From contig JAVVGF010000003.1 in NCBI GenBank assembly GCA_032249235.1, forward strand, positions 64,001-128,000: a stretch of DNA of 64,000 bases. Direction: 5' to 3'. The notes below the pieces were generated by a model. It was not told the DNA's origin. It was given only the letters and a program-made list of their open reading frames with translations, and did no database searches. Source of the stretch: Thermoproteota archaeon (lineage in GTDB: Archaea > Thermoproteota > Thermoprotei > Gearchaeales > Gearchaeaceae). The position numbers and the translations under genes were made by a program. Positions 19,995 to 29,724 of the stretch are shown one piece after another. The first letter of the stretch is position 1, and each line of letters starts with the position of its first letter.

Positions 19995-20667
19995 ACTTGT
20001 AGTTGTATTGGAAACTTATGTAAATAATACCATTAAATGCATCAGCATTAATTTTAACTGTTTCTCTTGCTTTTACTTTAATTTCTCCTAATTCCTTAAT
20101 GATTGGCAATTGGTTAGTTGAAGGATAGTATAGAATCCTTACATTCGTTAAATTGAAGTCGATGAAATTAGGATTATAAACTTCAACACTTAAATTTCCT
20201 GTTTTAACCAATAAAGGCTTAAATTCTACTGCATATGAGTTATTCCATATTGCAAAGCCTTTGTCTAAAGTTATGTTTATTCTTAAATAAAAGTAGGAAA
20301 CAGAACTATTTGAATAATCATAAAGGATTGGATATATCTCTTTAGGAACAAAAACTATTATTCTATCTTTTTCTGTTTTTGAATTGCAAACAAAGCTGAA
20401 GTTAAAGGCAAATATTAAGCATTTACTTAAAGCTCGTATTTCTAGTTCTTTTATTGTATAATTCAAGTATATTATGCTACCATCTTCAGATAAATTAGTT
20501 GACTTAAGAGCAAAATCTGGCGAGTTATATCTAATAGGCATGTAAGAAGGAAAGAGCATAATGATTAAATCCAAGATGACAAAGATTGCAATTACTGAGA
20601 AAATGATTCTGAAATTTAATTTTTTATTATCATATCTAGAATAGTCCTTGAGCAATGCAGACCCCAT
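19948..20667 (-). CDS. Membrane-anchored beta-rich extracellular protein of unknown function
   Basis: One N-terminal TM segment, then beta-rich sequence with N-x-S/T sequons (VEVYNPNF). Confidence 0.7.
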   Translation of the reverse strand: MGSALLKDYSRYDNKKLNFRIIFSVIAIFVILDLIIMLFPSYMPIRYNSPDFALKSTNLSEDGSIIYLNYTIKELEIRALSKCLIFAFNFSFVCNSKTEKDRIIVFVPKEIYPILYDYSNSSVSYFYLRINITLDKGFAIWNNSYAVEFKPLLVKTGNLSVEVYNPNFIDFNLTNVRILYYPSTNQLPIIKELGEIKVKARETVKINADAFNGIIYISFQYNYKFAKNGVVYESRQVYP

Positions 20668-20847
20668 TTAATTCGATTTTCCTTAGAAGTAGTTTCCATA
20701 AAAGAATACTTTTAAAATTTTCTAAAAAAAAAAAGAAAAATTTAAAATTTTTTAAAAGAATTCTCGCTATGAAGTGTTTTCTGTAATAAAAATAACGCGT
20801 TGTATAAAGGAAAAATTTAAATACTTTTGTTATAAATAATAGCGAAA

Positions 20848-21465
20848 ATGGCTCTAGAAAAGATCAGAAAGAAAGCAAAATGGTTATTAGTAGTATTTGC
20901 TATCGTAGCAAGCATTTCAGTTGTTAATGCAGCTTTATTCGTTTACTACGATGCAAGTATAACTGCACAAGGTCAAAGGCCACCTGTAGTATTTGCACCA
21001 GGAAAAAATGCAAATGGTGCTGATCTTTGGGGTAACACAATAGGTGTAACTATTGATTCAACTAACACAACTTTAACTATAACTGTACATCCAACATATC
21101 GAACTCATTTCTATAGAAACATAACATTAATAGTAAATCAAGATACGGTAAATTCTTATTACTTAGCTTTTAACATAATAACACCTTTCACGAATACAAA
21201 AATAACACAGGCTAAGCTTTTCATAAGAAGTCTCGATGGCTCAACAACATATGCTACAATTAATCTTCTAACTACAGGTGTTCAAGGATGGCCTATTACA
21301 TTGGCTGGAAATCAAAAACTAAGAATTGATTTATTCCTAGTAATAACTCCTGGCGCAAGCGATACTTTCAATAATGCACCATTTGCAAGCGATAGCTGCA
21401 CGCTTCAGTTAGTCTATAGTCCACAAAACGCTGAAACACCACCTGCAAGTAGCTCAGGTCCTTAG
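20848..21465 (+). CDS. Secreted putative filament subunit, thread/donor-strand type
   Basis: Signal peptide ending VNA; mature N-terminus ALFVYY-x10-PPVVF; Thr/Asn-rich beta protein; C-terminal YSP..TPP tail. Confidence 0.65.
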   Translation: MALEKIRKKAKWLLVVFAIVASISVVNAALFVYYDASITAQGQRPPVVFAPGKNANGADLWGNTIGVTIDSTNTTLTITVHPTYRTHFYRNITLIVNQDTVNSYYLAFNIITPFTNTKITQAKLFIRSLDGSTTYATINLLTTGVQGWPITLAGNQKLRIDLFLVITPGASDTFNNAPFASDSCTLQLVYSPQNAETPPASSSGP

Positions 21466-21467
21466 AA

Positions 21468-22958
21468 TTGAAAAAGTATCTGATTGCAATTTTTTTCCTT
21501 TTTTTAATTTCCTATTTTCCATTATCAAATTCATCTTCTTTCATATATTATAATTCACAAGTAAATTTATCTGGGCAAAAACCTCCTCTTTTGCTTGATC
21601 CTCCTCCATATACTTATACTTGTACTGGCTTGACTAGAAATAGAACTGCAAATATAACTTATACAGACTTCGAAACTTATCCTTCAGGATGGGCTAGTAG
21701 AGGAGGTGCTTGGAACATTGTATCTGGAGGATATAAAGGTAATGCGATGCAAGGAACAGATAATAATGGCGGAATAGGAGCAGCTTCCCAGTTTTATTAT
21801 AATACTAGTTTGGATACTTATACTAGCCTTTGGGTTACTACTAAAGTTAAATTTGTATCAGGTCCAGGCAGAAACAGGCCAGGTGCACCACCCAATCTTG
21901 TTTATTTCGGACTAGCATTGATTAAATTTGAATTGGATAGACTTTATGAGATTTCAGTAAGTAGAGATGGTTATCTTAATATATGGAGTTATGGTGTAGA
22001 AGCTAGTGGCTGGTCTTTAAGGAGTCGAGTTCCAATTACGGGTTTTAATATAAATAATTGGTACGTTATAGTAGTTTTTTATAACGTAACATCTACTGCA
22101 GTTAATATTTCTGCTTACTTGTATGATACAATTGGGACACCTACTCCTGTTGCACAAACTTCGGCATCTTCAACAAGTGGGAATAAATTCACTCCTGCTT
22201 TCATAGGATTGGAAATTGATGGAGGAAATGGAGCTAGAGCGCTTTATGATGATTTCGAAATCGCTACAAGTGATTTAAGAGTTATTAATTTCAATAGTTT
22301 ACAATCAGGAATGCAAGTTCAAATAATCGATAACTTAAATAATTTAGTTGCGCAAGGAACAGCATCAACGAGTAGCTTAACTTTAAATGTTACAAGCGAC
22401 ATCGTTGTCGGAACAGGCACTGATGGTAGAATTATAATTAAATATCCCAATGGAATTAATTGTTTAATTTTCAACAATCCTACAAGTGATGCAATTCTAG
22501 GAGGAGATACATATAGCTTGGCTACTTCTACGATGACCATAACGATTGATTCAACAAAAACTAGCGCAAATGAAACATTTTATGTTGCAGGAAGCTTGAA
22601 CTATTTTACACAAACTATATTTTTAAACATCACTGTCATCGATACAAATAATTACTATGCTAGCTTAATATTAAATCAAACAGCAAGCACAATTTCGAGC
22701 AATCTCAATGCGAATATAACTTTAGTAAATAGAAATAACTTTAAATCAACGAATATTACTATAATAAATGGAGTTGTAACTAGTAGCACAACAAGTGAAA
22801 TTGTAGTATTTAATTCGAATAACTATATCTTTATAAGTGCAAGATATTCAGCTACCGGTCTTAGTTCAACACTCGTTTTAATACTTCAATATTGTACTTT
22901 ACAAAATTATTCAGGAGCATGTGTACAATATACAATACGCTTAATAATAAATAGCTAA
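21468..22958 (+). CDS. Secreted glycoprotein, putative filament cap/adhesin with a lectin-like insert
   Basis: Signal peptide, then SFIYY-x10-PP; DFE..PSGW...GAW and YDDFEI motifs suggest a ConA/LamG-like domain; many sequons; C-terminal Cys pair. Confidence 0.6.
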   Translation: MKKYLIAIFFLFLISYFPLSNSSSFIYYNSQVNLSGQKPPLLLDPPPYTYTCTGLTRNRTANITYTDFETYPSGWASRGGAWNIVSGGYKGNAMQGTDNNGGIGAASQFYYNTSLDTYTSLWVTTKVKFVSGPGRNRPGAPPNLVYFGLALIKFELDRLYEISVSRDGYLNIWSYGVEASGWSLRSRVPITGFNINNWYVIVVFYNVTSTAVNISAYLYDTIGTPTPVAQTSASSTSGNKFTPAFIGLEIDGGNGARALYDDFEIATSDLRVINFNSLQSGMQVQIIDNLNNLVAQGTASTSSLTLNVTSDIVVGTGTDGRIIIKYPNGINCLIFNNPTSDAILGGDTYSLATSTMTITIDSTKTSANETFYVAGSLNYFTQTIFLNITVIDTNNYYASLILNQTASTISSNLNANITLVNRNNFKSTNITIINGVVTSSTTSEIVVFNSNNYIFISARYSATGLSSTLVLILQYCTLQNYSGACVQYTIRLIINS

Positions 22959-22992
22959 TTATCAACAATTTTAAATATTCATATACATATTT

Positions 22993-24264
22993 TTGTATAT
23001 GAAGTGGCGCGCTATTATTGGAGGAACTATAGGTTGGATGGTCGATGTCTACGATCTAACTTTGGTTCTTTTCGTAACAGCAATAATAGCTAGCGCCTTC
23101 TTCCCTCCAACAGATCCTTTGCTATCCATGCTATATGTATTTTCTTCTTATGCACTTTCATTGCTATTCAGACCACTAGGAGGAATAATATTCGGTCATG
23201 TTGCAGATAAAATAGGAAGGAGAATTACAATGATAATAACGCTTCTAGGATTAGGTATATTTTCAGCATTGACAGGAGCTTTACCAACATATGCTCAAGT
23301 AGGCATATTAGCTTCGATACTTTTCATAATACTAAGAATACTAGTAGGTATATTTGTAGGAGGTGAAGTATCTGGCTCTCATTTAATTGCTATTGAAGGT
23401 AGCTCAACAAAGCAAAGAGGCCTGACGAGCGGCATTTTGCAATCAGGCTATTATTGGGGTTATTCACTAGCTGCTTTCACTTTTCTAAGCATGGCAGCAT
23501 ACTTTGGAAAGGATTTTGGAGCATATGGCTGGAGATATGCATTCTATATTAGCATTATTGTAAGTGTTATAGGATTGCTATTAAGACTCGTTGTAGGAGA
23601 GTCTGAGTTATTTGAAGAAGTTAAAAAAGAAAAATTAATTGCAAGAGTCCCAATTAGCACGTTATTCAGAAATTATTTGAGCGAAGTATTAATGGCTATG
23701 TTATTGATGAGCGGTATTTATTGGGTCGCATATTCTACGCTCGGATACTTACCAACTTATCTTTCACAACTCAAATATGATAGGACTTTCATCTTCTCAG
23801 CTTTGGGTTATGCAGGAATCATAGGAGGTATAATGACTATAATAGGCGGAGCATTAAGTGATTATCTCAAAAGAAAATGGAGTTTCATGACTTATAGCAT
23901 ACTTGGTGCTTTATTAAGTATTCCTTTAATTTCATTTTTATACACAAAATCCTTCGTTCTTGTTACAATATCTTCTGGTTTAATAGTAGGTTTCATAGGG
24001 CTTTGCGGAGGCGTAATGCTCGCTTATCTTTCTGAGCTATTTGCTACAAACGTTAGAGGCACAGCAATAGGCTTTATATGGAACATCGTTAACATAGGTT
24101 CAACAGTTGGATTGCTTCTTGCACCTATCTTAACAACTACTTATGCATTATTCTGGGGTTATGCATTCTTATTAGTAGGAGGCTACACAGTTACAATAAT
24201 AGGTTCTCTCATAACAGTAGATAAAACAGGAATAGATCTAAGATTGTTGAAAGCAGTGAAATAA
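22993..24264 (+). CDS. MFS transporter, metabolite:H+ symporter-like
   Basis: DVYD, RPLGGIIFGHVADKIGRR, GGE, GWR and SELFATNVRG motifs. Confidence 0.9.
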   Translation: MYMKWRAIIGGTIGWMVDVYDLTLVLFVTAIIASAFFPPTDPLLSMLYVFSSYALSLLFRPLGGIIFGHVADKIGRRITMIITLLGLGIFSALTGALPTYAQVGILASILFIILRILVGIFVGGEVSGSHLIAIEGSSTKQRGLTSGILQSGYYWGYSLAAFTFLSMAAYFGKDFGAYGWRYAFYISIIVSVIGLLLRLVVGESELFEEVKKEKLIARVPISTLFRNYLSEVLMAMLLMSGIYWVAYSTLGYLPTYLSQLKYDRTFIFSALGYAGIIGGIMTIIGGALSDYLKRKWSFMTYSILGALLSIPLISFLYTKSFVLVTISSGLIVGFIGLCGGVMLAYLSELFATNVRGTAIGFIWNIVNIGSTVGLLLAPILTTTYALFWGYAFLLVGGYTVTIIGSLITVDKTGIDLRLLKAVK

Positions 24265-24371
24265 CATAATTTAAAATAATTTTATATTTTAAAATTCTAA
24301 AAAAAAATTAAAATAAAATTTTAATTTTTTATACTATTAGATTTAAAAACCAGCCTTTTATAGAAACTGTA

Positions 24372-26390
24372 ATGGAAAAAGATTTCCTCGATTTAAATCA
24401 AGGAGCTAATTGGATTGAAGAAAAAGATGGCACGTTCTTCGCGATTTTCTCAGCTAATGCTACTAAAATCGAGATAGTTCTCTATTCAAGAGAAAATCAA
24501 AGATATCCTAAGGAATCAATAGAGATTAAGGATAAAAAAGGAAACATTTGGTTTACTTTTATTTCAGGAATAAAGCCAGGAGATTTATATTGTTATAAGG
24601 TTCATGGTCCTTACAAGCCTGAAGAAGGATTTAGATTCAATCCCAATAAAGTTCTAATAGATCCTTATGCAAAAGCTGTCGCTGGTACAATACCTTTGAA
24701 ATGGGATGATTCATTGTTTGATTTCAAAATAATTAATAATGAGTTTTTAATGAACGATCTTCCTAATGATGAGTTCATACCTAAATGCGTTGTAATAAAT
24801 CCATATTTTAAATGGGAAGATTATGACTTCATAAAGAATAGGAAAAGATGGAAGAAGGAAATAATTTATGAAACACATGTTAAAGGATTTACGCAACTTA
24901 TGAAGGATTTGCCGAATGAAATTCGTGGAAAGTATGCTGCATTATCTTCGAAGAATGTTATAAGTTATCTAAAGGATTTGGGAATAACCGCTATTGAGCT
25001 AATGCCTGTCCATGCTTTCATCGATGATAAAATCCTTGTAGAAAAAGGATTGAGAAATTATTGGGGATACAATCCCATAAATTATTTCTCTCCTGAAGCA
25101 AGATATTCAAGTTCAGGATATTATGGAGAGCAGGTTTATGAATTTAAGAAAATGGTAAATGAGTTGCATAAAGAAGGAATTGCAGTAATTCTTGATGTTG
25201 TTTACAATCATACAGGTGAAGGAAATCATCTAGGACCATTTCTTAGTTTTAAAGGAATAGATAACAAATCCTATTATTTACTTAATCCAAATGATCAAAG
25301 GTATTACATTGACTATACAGGTGTTGGTAATACGCTTAATACTTCTAGCAATGCTGTTATCCAAATGATCATAGACAGCTTAAGATATTGGGTAAAAGAA
25401 ATGCACGTCGATGGCTTTAGATTCGATTTGGCACCTGTATTAGCTAGAAACTATGAAGTTGTCAATATGGAACATCCTATAATTAAGGCAATTGAAAAAG
25501 ATCCTGCTTTAGAGAACATTAAGCTAATAGCAGAACCTTGGGATTTAGGTCCAAATGGATATCAGCTTGGAAAATTTCCTTCAAGCTGGTATGAATGGAA
25601 TGGAAAATATAGGGATTTGATGAGAAGATTCTGGAGGGGAGAAAGCTTTCCTTATTATGAAATAGCAAATTTAATTCTTGGCTCACCAGATCTTTTTGTT
25701 CATAAAAATCCTTTTGCTAGCATAAATTATATTACTTGTCATGATGGCTTCACACTTGAAGATTTAGTGAGTTATAATCAAAAGCATAATGAAGCGAATT
25801 GCTTCGATAATAAAGATGGATCTGATGAAAATTATAGCTTCAATTTCGGTATCGAAGGTCCTACAAATGATGAGGAGATTTTAAGGCAAAGAGAGAAGCA
25901 AAAAAGGAATTTCATCATAACATTAATGATTAGCCAAGGAACGCCTATGATACTTGGAGGAGATGAATTAAGCAGAACTCAAAAAGGAAATAACAATGCA
26001 TTTTGTCAAGATAATGAGATTTCTTGGTATTCTTGGGAATTGGATGAAAGGAAAAAGAAATTCTTTAATTTTATGAAATCAATAATAAACTTCAGGAAAA
26101 GTAGTAGAATTTTCGAAAATCCTAATTTTCTTAAGGATGTTATATGGCTTAAAGAAAATGGGAGCGTCGTCGATGACTTGAGCTGGAGAATGCCTACAAA
26201 TTTCATAGCATTCATTTTCAAAGATGAAAACAAGTTTTTAGTAATTCTAAATGCAGGCAGTAATAGAAAATTCAGGCTACCTGAAGGTAAATGGCGAGTA
26301 TTATTTTCTTCGACAGAAAAAATAAAAGAAGGTGAAGAAATTGAGATTGAAGAAAGAAGTTCTGTAATCTTTGAAAAAGTAAATGATTAA
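24372..26390 (+). CDS. glgX: Glycogen debranching enzyme/isoamylase (GH13, TreX-like)
   Basis: IDPYAKA, YETHVKG, NYWGY, DVVYNHT, DGFRFDLA, IAEPWD and HDGFTL motifs. Confidence 0.93.
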   Translation: MEKDFLDLNQGANWIEEKDGTFFAIFSANATKIEIVLYSRENQRYPKESIEIKDKKGNIWFTFISGIKPGDLYCYKVHGPYKPEEGFRFNPNKVLIDPYAKAVAGTIPLKWDDSLFDFKIINNEFLMNDLPNDEFIPKCVVINPYFKWEDYDFIKNRKRWKKEIIYETHVKGFTQLMKDLPNEIRGKYAALSSKNVISYLKDLGITAIELMPVHAFIDDKILVEKGLRNYWGYNPINYFSPEARYSSSGYYGEQVYEFKKMVNELHKEGIAVILDVVYNHTGEGNHLGPFLSFKGIDNKSYYLLNPNDQRYYIDYTGVGNTLNTSSNAVIQMIIDSLRYWVKEMHVDGFRFDLAPVLARNYEVVNMEHPIIKAIEKDPALENIKLIAEPWDLGPNGYQLGKFPSSWYEWNGKYRDLMRRFWRGESFPYYEIANLILGSPDLFVHKNPFASINYITCHDGFTLEDLVSYNQKHNEANCFDNKDGSDENYSFNFGIEGPTNDEEILRQREKQKRNFIITLMISQGTPMILGGDELSRTQKGNNNAFCQDNEISWYSWELDERKKKFFNFMKSIINFRKSSRIFENPNFLKDVIWLKENGSVVDDLSWRMPTNFIAFIFKDENKFLVILNAGSNRKFRLPEGKWRVLFSSTEKIKEGEEIEIEERSSVIFEKVND

Positions 26391-26584
26391 TTTTCCTTTA
26401 TTGCTATATAAGTTCAATTATTACATCCATGATTAAGCAATTTCTAATTTAATGATTGTTCACATGAAATCTATTTAGGAAAAATTGATTTAACTGTTGA
26501 CTGTGCTAATAATTTATGTTCATTTATTTTTTGATCTTTTGCTAAATACAAATAAGAAAGCTTTTTAATTATCTTTATGAGAAA

Positions 26585-26986
26585 ATGGAGGATTATAAGC
26601 ATGCTGTTGAGCATCTCGATATTGCAATGAAATACTTAGAGGAAGGAAGAAATCTAGTTGATAAGGATCCTGTTCAAGCATCTGAGAAACTTTATAAAGC
26701 GGCTGAAGAAGCTGTCAAAACCTTAGCTATATTTCTAGGATTAGATGAAGCTAGAAAAGCTATAGAGCAAGGTAGATGGTCTTCAATATTACTTTTTGAT
26801 GCAATCGATACTGTTGCAATAAAATTGAACATTAAGGAGCTACCCCTGTGGTGGAGAGCTGCTTTGGTTCTTCATGTAGAAGGATTTCATGAAGCTAGAT
26901 TAAGTAGAGATAGAATTAAGAAAGATTATAAGTACATAGAGGCAATAGTCGATCTTACTAAGAAAGTTTTACAGGAAAAAATTTGA
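26585..26986 (+). CDS. PaREP1 family protein (HEPN fold)
   Basis: DPVQASEKLYKAAEEAVK, GRW and LHVEGFHEA motifs. Confidence 0.9.
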   Translation: MEDYKHAVEHLDIAMKYLEEGRNLVDKDPVQASEKLYKAAEEAVKTLAIFLGLDEARKAIEQGRWSSILLFDAIDTVAIKLNIKELPLWWRAALVLHVEGFHEARLSRDRIKKDYKYIEAIVDLTKKVLQEKI

Positions 26987-27028
26987 GAATTTAATAATTT
27001 TTAATTATTATTTATTGATAATCCAAGT

Positions 27029-27433
27029 ATGTCTAAATATGATCCAAAAGAAGGGTTAAAGATGAGATTAGAACTCGCAAAGAAATATCTTGGCGAAGCT
27101 GAGAAATACTATAATAAGGGAGACCCTGCACAAGTTTCTGAAAAAGCTTATACGGCTGCGGAAGAAATTGTTAAAGCCTTAGCTGAGAAATTTAACTTGC
27201 CAGAACATCAGCAAGCCTTAAAAGAAGGAAGATGGTATACTTATTCTTTGAGTAAGGCTGCAGGTTCTCTTTATGAAAAGCTAGGAGACTGGATACTTGA
27301 TGGGTGGAGTAGCGCTTACTTATTACATGTTTGGGGATTTCATGAAGCTAAGTTAAACATTAAAGACATAAAACCTTATTTAGATAAAGTTAAGATAATG
27401 GTTGGAGAAGCAGTGAAAGTAATCTTGCAGTAA
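27029..27433 (+). CDS. PaREP1 family protein (HEPN fold)
   Basis: DPAQVSEKAYTAAEEIVKALA, GRW and LHVWGFHEA motifs. Confidence 0.9.
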   Translation: MSKYDPKEGLKMRLELAKKYLGEAEKYYNKGDPAQVSEKAYTAAEEIVKALAEKFNLPEHQQALKEGRWYTYSLSKAAGSLYEKLGDWILDGWSSAYLLHVWGFHEAKLNIKDIKPYLDKVKIMVGEAVKVILQ

Positions 27434-27530
27434 ATGACTTTTTATCTTTAAGTCAATTAATCAGAAATATCATTTCGATAATAGTGAGACTTATAATTTA
27501 TTGTGCATAGTTTAGCTTGATGTCCTAGAT

Positions 27531-28546
27531 ATGTCGCATATATTGCCATTCATTGATAGAGCTGATGAACTCAAAGCCTTAACTGAATGGTGTTCTAGAT
27601 CTAGACTTCTTCCTTTATATATTTATGGTCCTGAAGGTTGTGGAAAAACAAGACTCCTAAGAGAGTTCGTATCTAGATTTAGAGAAGTTTTTGGAGATAA
27701 AGCTATAGCGGTATATTAGATACTCTTGAACGCGAGTCTATAGAAAAGGCTTTATTATCAACACCAGCTCTCTCGCTTGCAATTGAAGCCCTTGCATCAA
27801 TTATTGATAAAACTGTTAACGTAGGAGCATCTCTCGCAGAGAAGATAGCAACGATTTTGGAGAGAGTTATTGGTACTCATAGACTTAAAGATAATTATGT
27901 TGCTGTAGCGGTAGACGATGTGGCTTCTGCTTTAGGTACAGAAAGTATTGAGCGATATGTCAAATGGCTTTATGAGTTAGCGAATAAACTCGAAAAGAGT
28001 TATAGACCGAATGCTATAAATTTCATTGCAACGACTTCTGAGGGGTTTAGTAGAGAGCTTGTATCTAGACATGGCTACAGTCATGTTATACTCTTGTGGA
28101 ATTTAAGTAGAGAAGCATTTGAAGAAATGTTTTATAAGCTAGCACCTTTACACAATGTTAATTTCGAGATTGTATGGAATTCTCTTGGAGGAAATCCTAG
28201 AAAATTAATAGAGCTTGCAACTGTATTTAACTGGAATTTTGATAATATGATGAAGAAGTACACAGCTATAGCGAGAGAAGTTGTAGAGAAGATAATATCA
28301 TTAGGGCTTTTAAGAGAATTAAAAATGATTTTAGAAGACATAGATGCTCCTCGAAAAGAACCTTCAGAAAACATGATGAAACTAACTCGAATACTCATAC
28401 AAAACAATATGGTAATTTATGTTGACTGGCCAACACTAACGGGAAGAGATTTGATGACCGATGAAAGTCTAGGGATTGGAAAAGCATATGCATGGCAAGT
28501 ACCAATATTTAAAAAAGCATTAGAAGCAGCACTTAAGACGATATAG
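27531..28546 (+). pseudogene. Archaeal P-loop ATPase with a 1-nt frameshift near 27716
   Basis: FIDR and Walker A YGPEGCGKT in 27531-27719; the frame of the second part is open from about 27717 (DTLERE...) and carries VAVDD, TTSEG, GGNPR and AWQVP. Confidence 0.8.
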
Positions 28547-28834
28547 TGATCTTTGCTCTTAATATCTAAAGGTCATATGAAACAGCAAGTCATCTATCTT
28601 AAAAAAGATTACACTATTTCATCGCACAATACTTACACTGAAGTTGAGAAACTAAACGAATTCCTAAATTTAATCGAAGATAAAGAAGAGGAAATTCATC
28701 TGCTTGGCTTTAGAGCGAAGAAACAAAAGGTAGTATGTGAACCTCTACACTTAATATTAAATGACTCTAAGTTTTTAGAGTAGTTCAGAAACATTAAATA
28801 AGTAATATGCCAAACTCATATTAAAGATGACTTA

Positions 28835-29576
28835 ATGTACTTAGAAGAATTCAAAGTCAGATTGGAGAAAGAATGGTCTGGAAGCTTGTTTAGTTTGAGC
28901 TATTAAGAAAAATTCATCCAAGGGCTAAGGAGTACTACATAGGTTAAATAAAAATATTGGAATAAGGCGAGTAGCTTGGGGTGGTACTGGATTCCAACGA
29001 ACTATAGTGATGCTTGGGATTTCTTAACAAGAGATAGGGGTTTTAAAGTGATAATCAAGCAGACAGTTGCAAGCTTATGGAATTATGATTTCATTCATCG
29101 AGATGTTTTCCGCTTAGCTGTTGACAATAAATCTTACAAACGAGCATTAGAATCTCGCGAAAAGTATGAATTGGAATTTTGAGATTGAATATTACAAGAA
29201 AATTCCCTATGAATATAAGGAATTTGATGGTTTATTTGTTGAAACTTTAGAATCTTGCATAGTAAGTTGCTTCACAGAATGGTCTTTCATAGACGCTTTT
29301 GCTGTTTTGTATTTTAGAAGAAAAGAGGTTGATTTCGACAAATTGAGTAATTTAGGAAGATGGAAAAGAGCATCTCAAACAAACTTGAGAGTATGGACTT
29401 TGATAAAGTATGGATGCAAGTTACTTAACGAACATTTTGGTAAAGAGATTTTCAAGTTCAAAGCCTTTGAGATAAAGCAAGCACATATGAAAGAATTAGT
29501 GGAGGAAGCTATAGAAAAAGTTATCGAATTTGCCAAAATCATAGAACTTATAAAAGAAGAGAGGAAGATAGAGTAA
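28835..29576 (+). pseudogene. Multiply frameshifted gene, possibly an AbiEi-like (type IV) antitoxin
   Basis: Fragments in alternating frames: MYLEEFKVRLEKEWSG / ELLRKIHPRAKEY / HRLNKNIGIRRVAWGWYWIP... / NWNFEIEYY...ETLESCIV. Confidence 0.45.
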
Positions 29577-29724
29577 GTTTTCTCTTGTTAATCGAGTTTT
29601 AAATAATTAAAAATGTAACCGCATTATAACGATTCAGATAATCGATGGGCCGGTTGTTAATCAAGTTAAAACCTTTAAATATTCAAATCTCTTTTATTCA
29701 AAAGTTTTCTAATGGGCTTGTTGT

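Noticed and set aside
20848-22958. Type IV pilin/archaellin or S-layer assignment
   Set aside because: No class III cleavage motif followed by a retained hydrophobic helix, no pilus ATPase or TadC gene, and no C-terminal membrane anchor.
28553-28783. 76-aa ORF after the ATPase
   Set aside because: TTG start, no motif, in a decayed region; cannot be supported as a gene.
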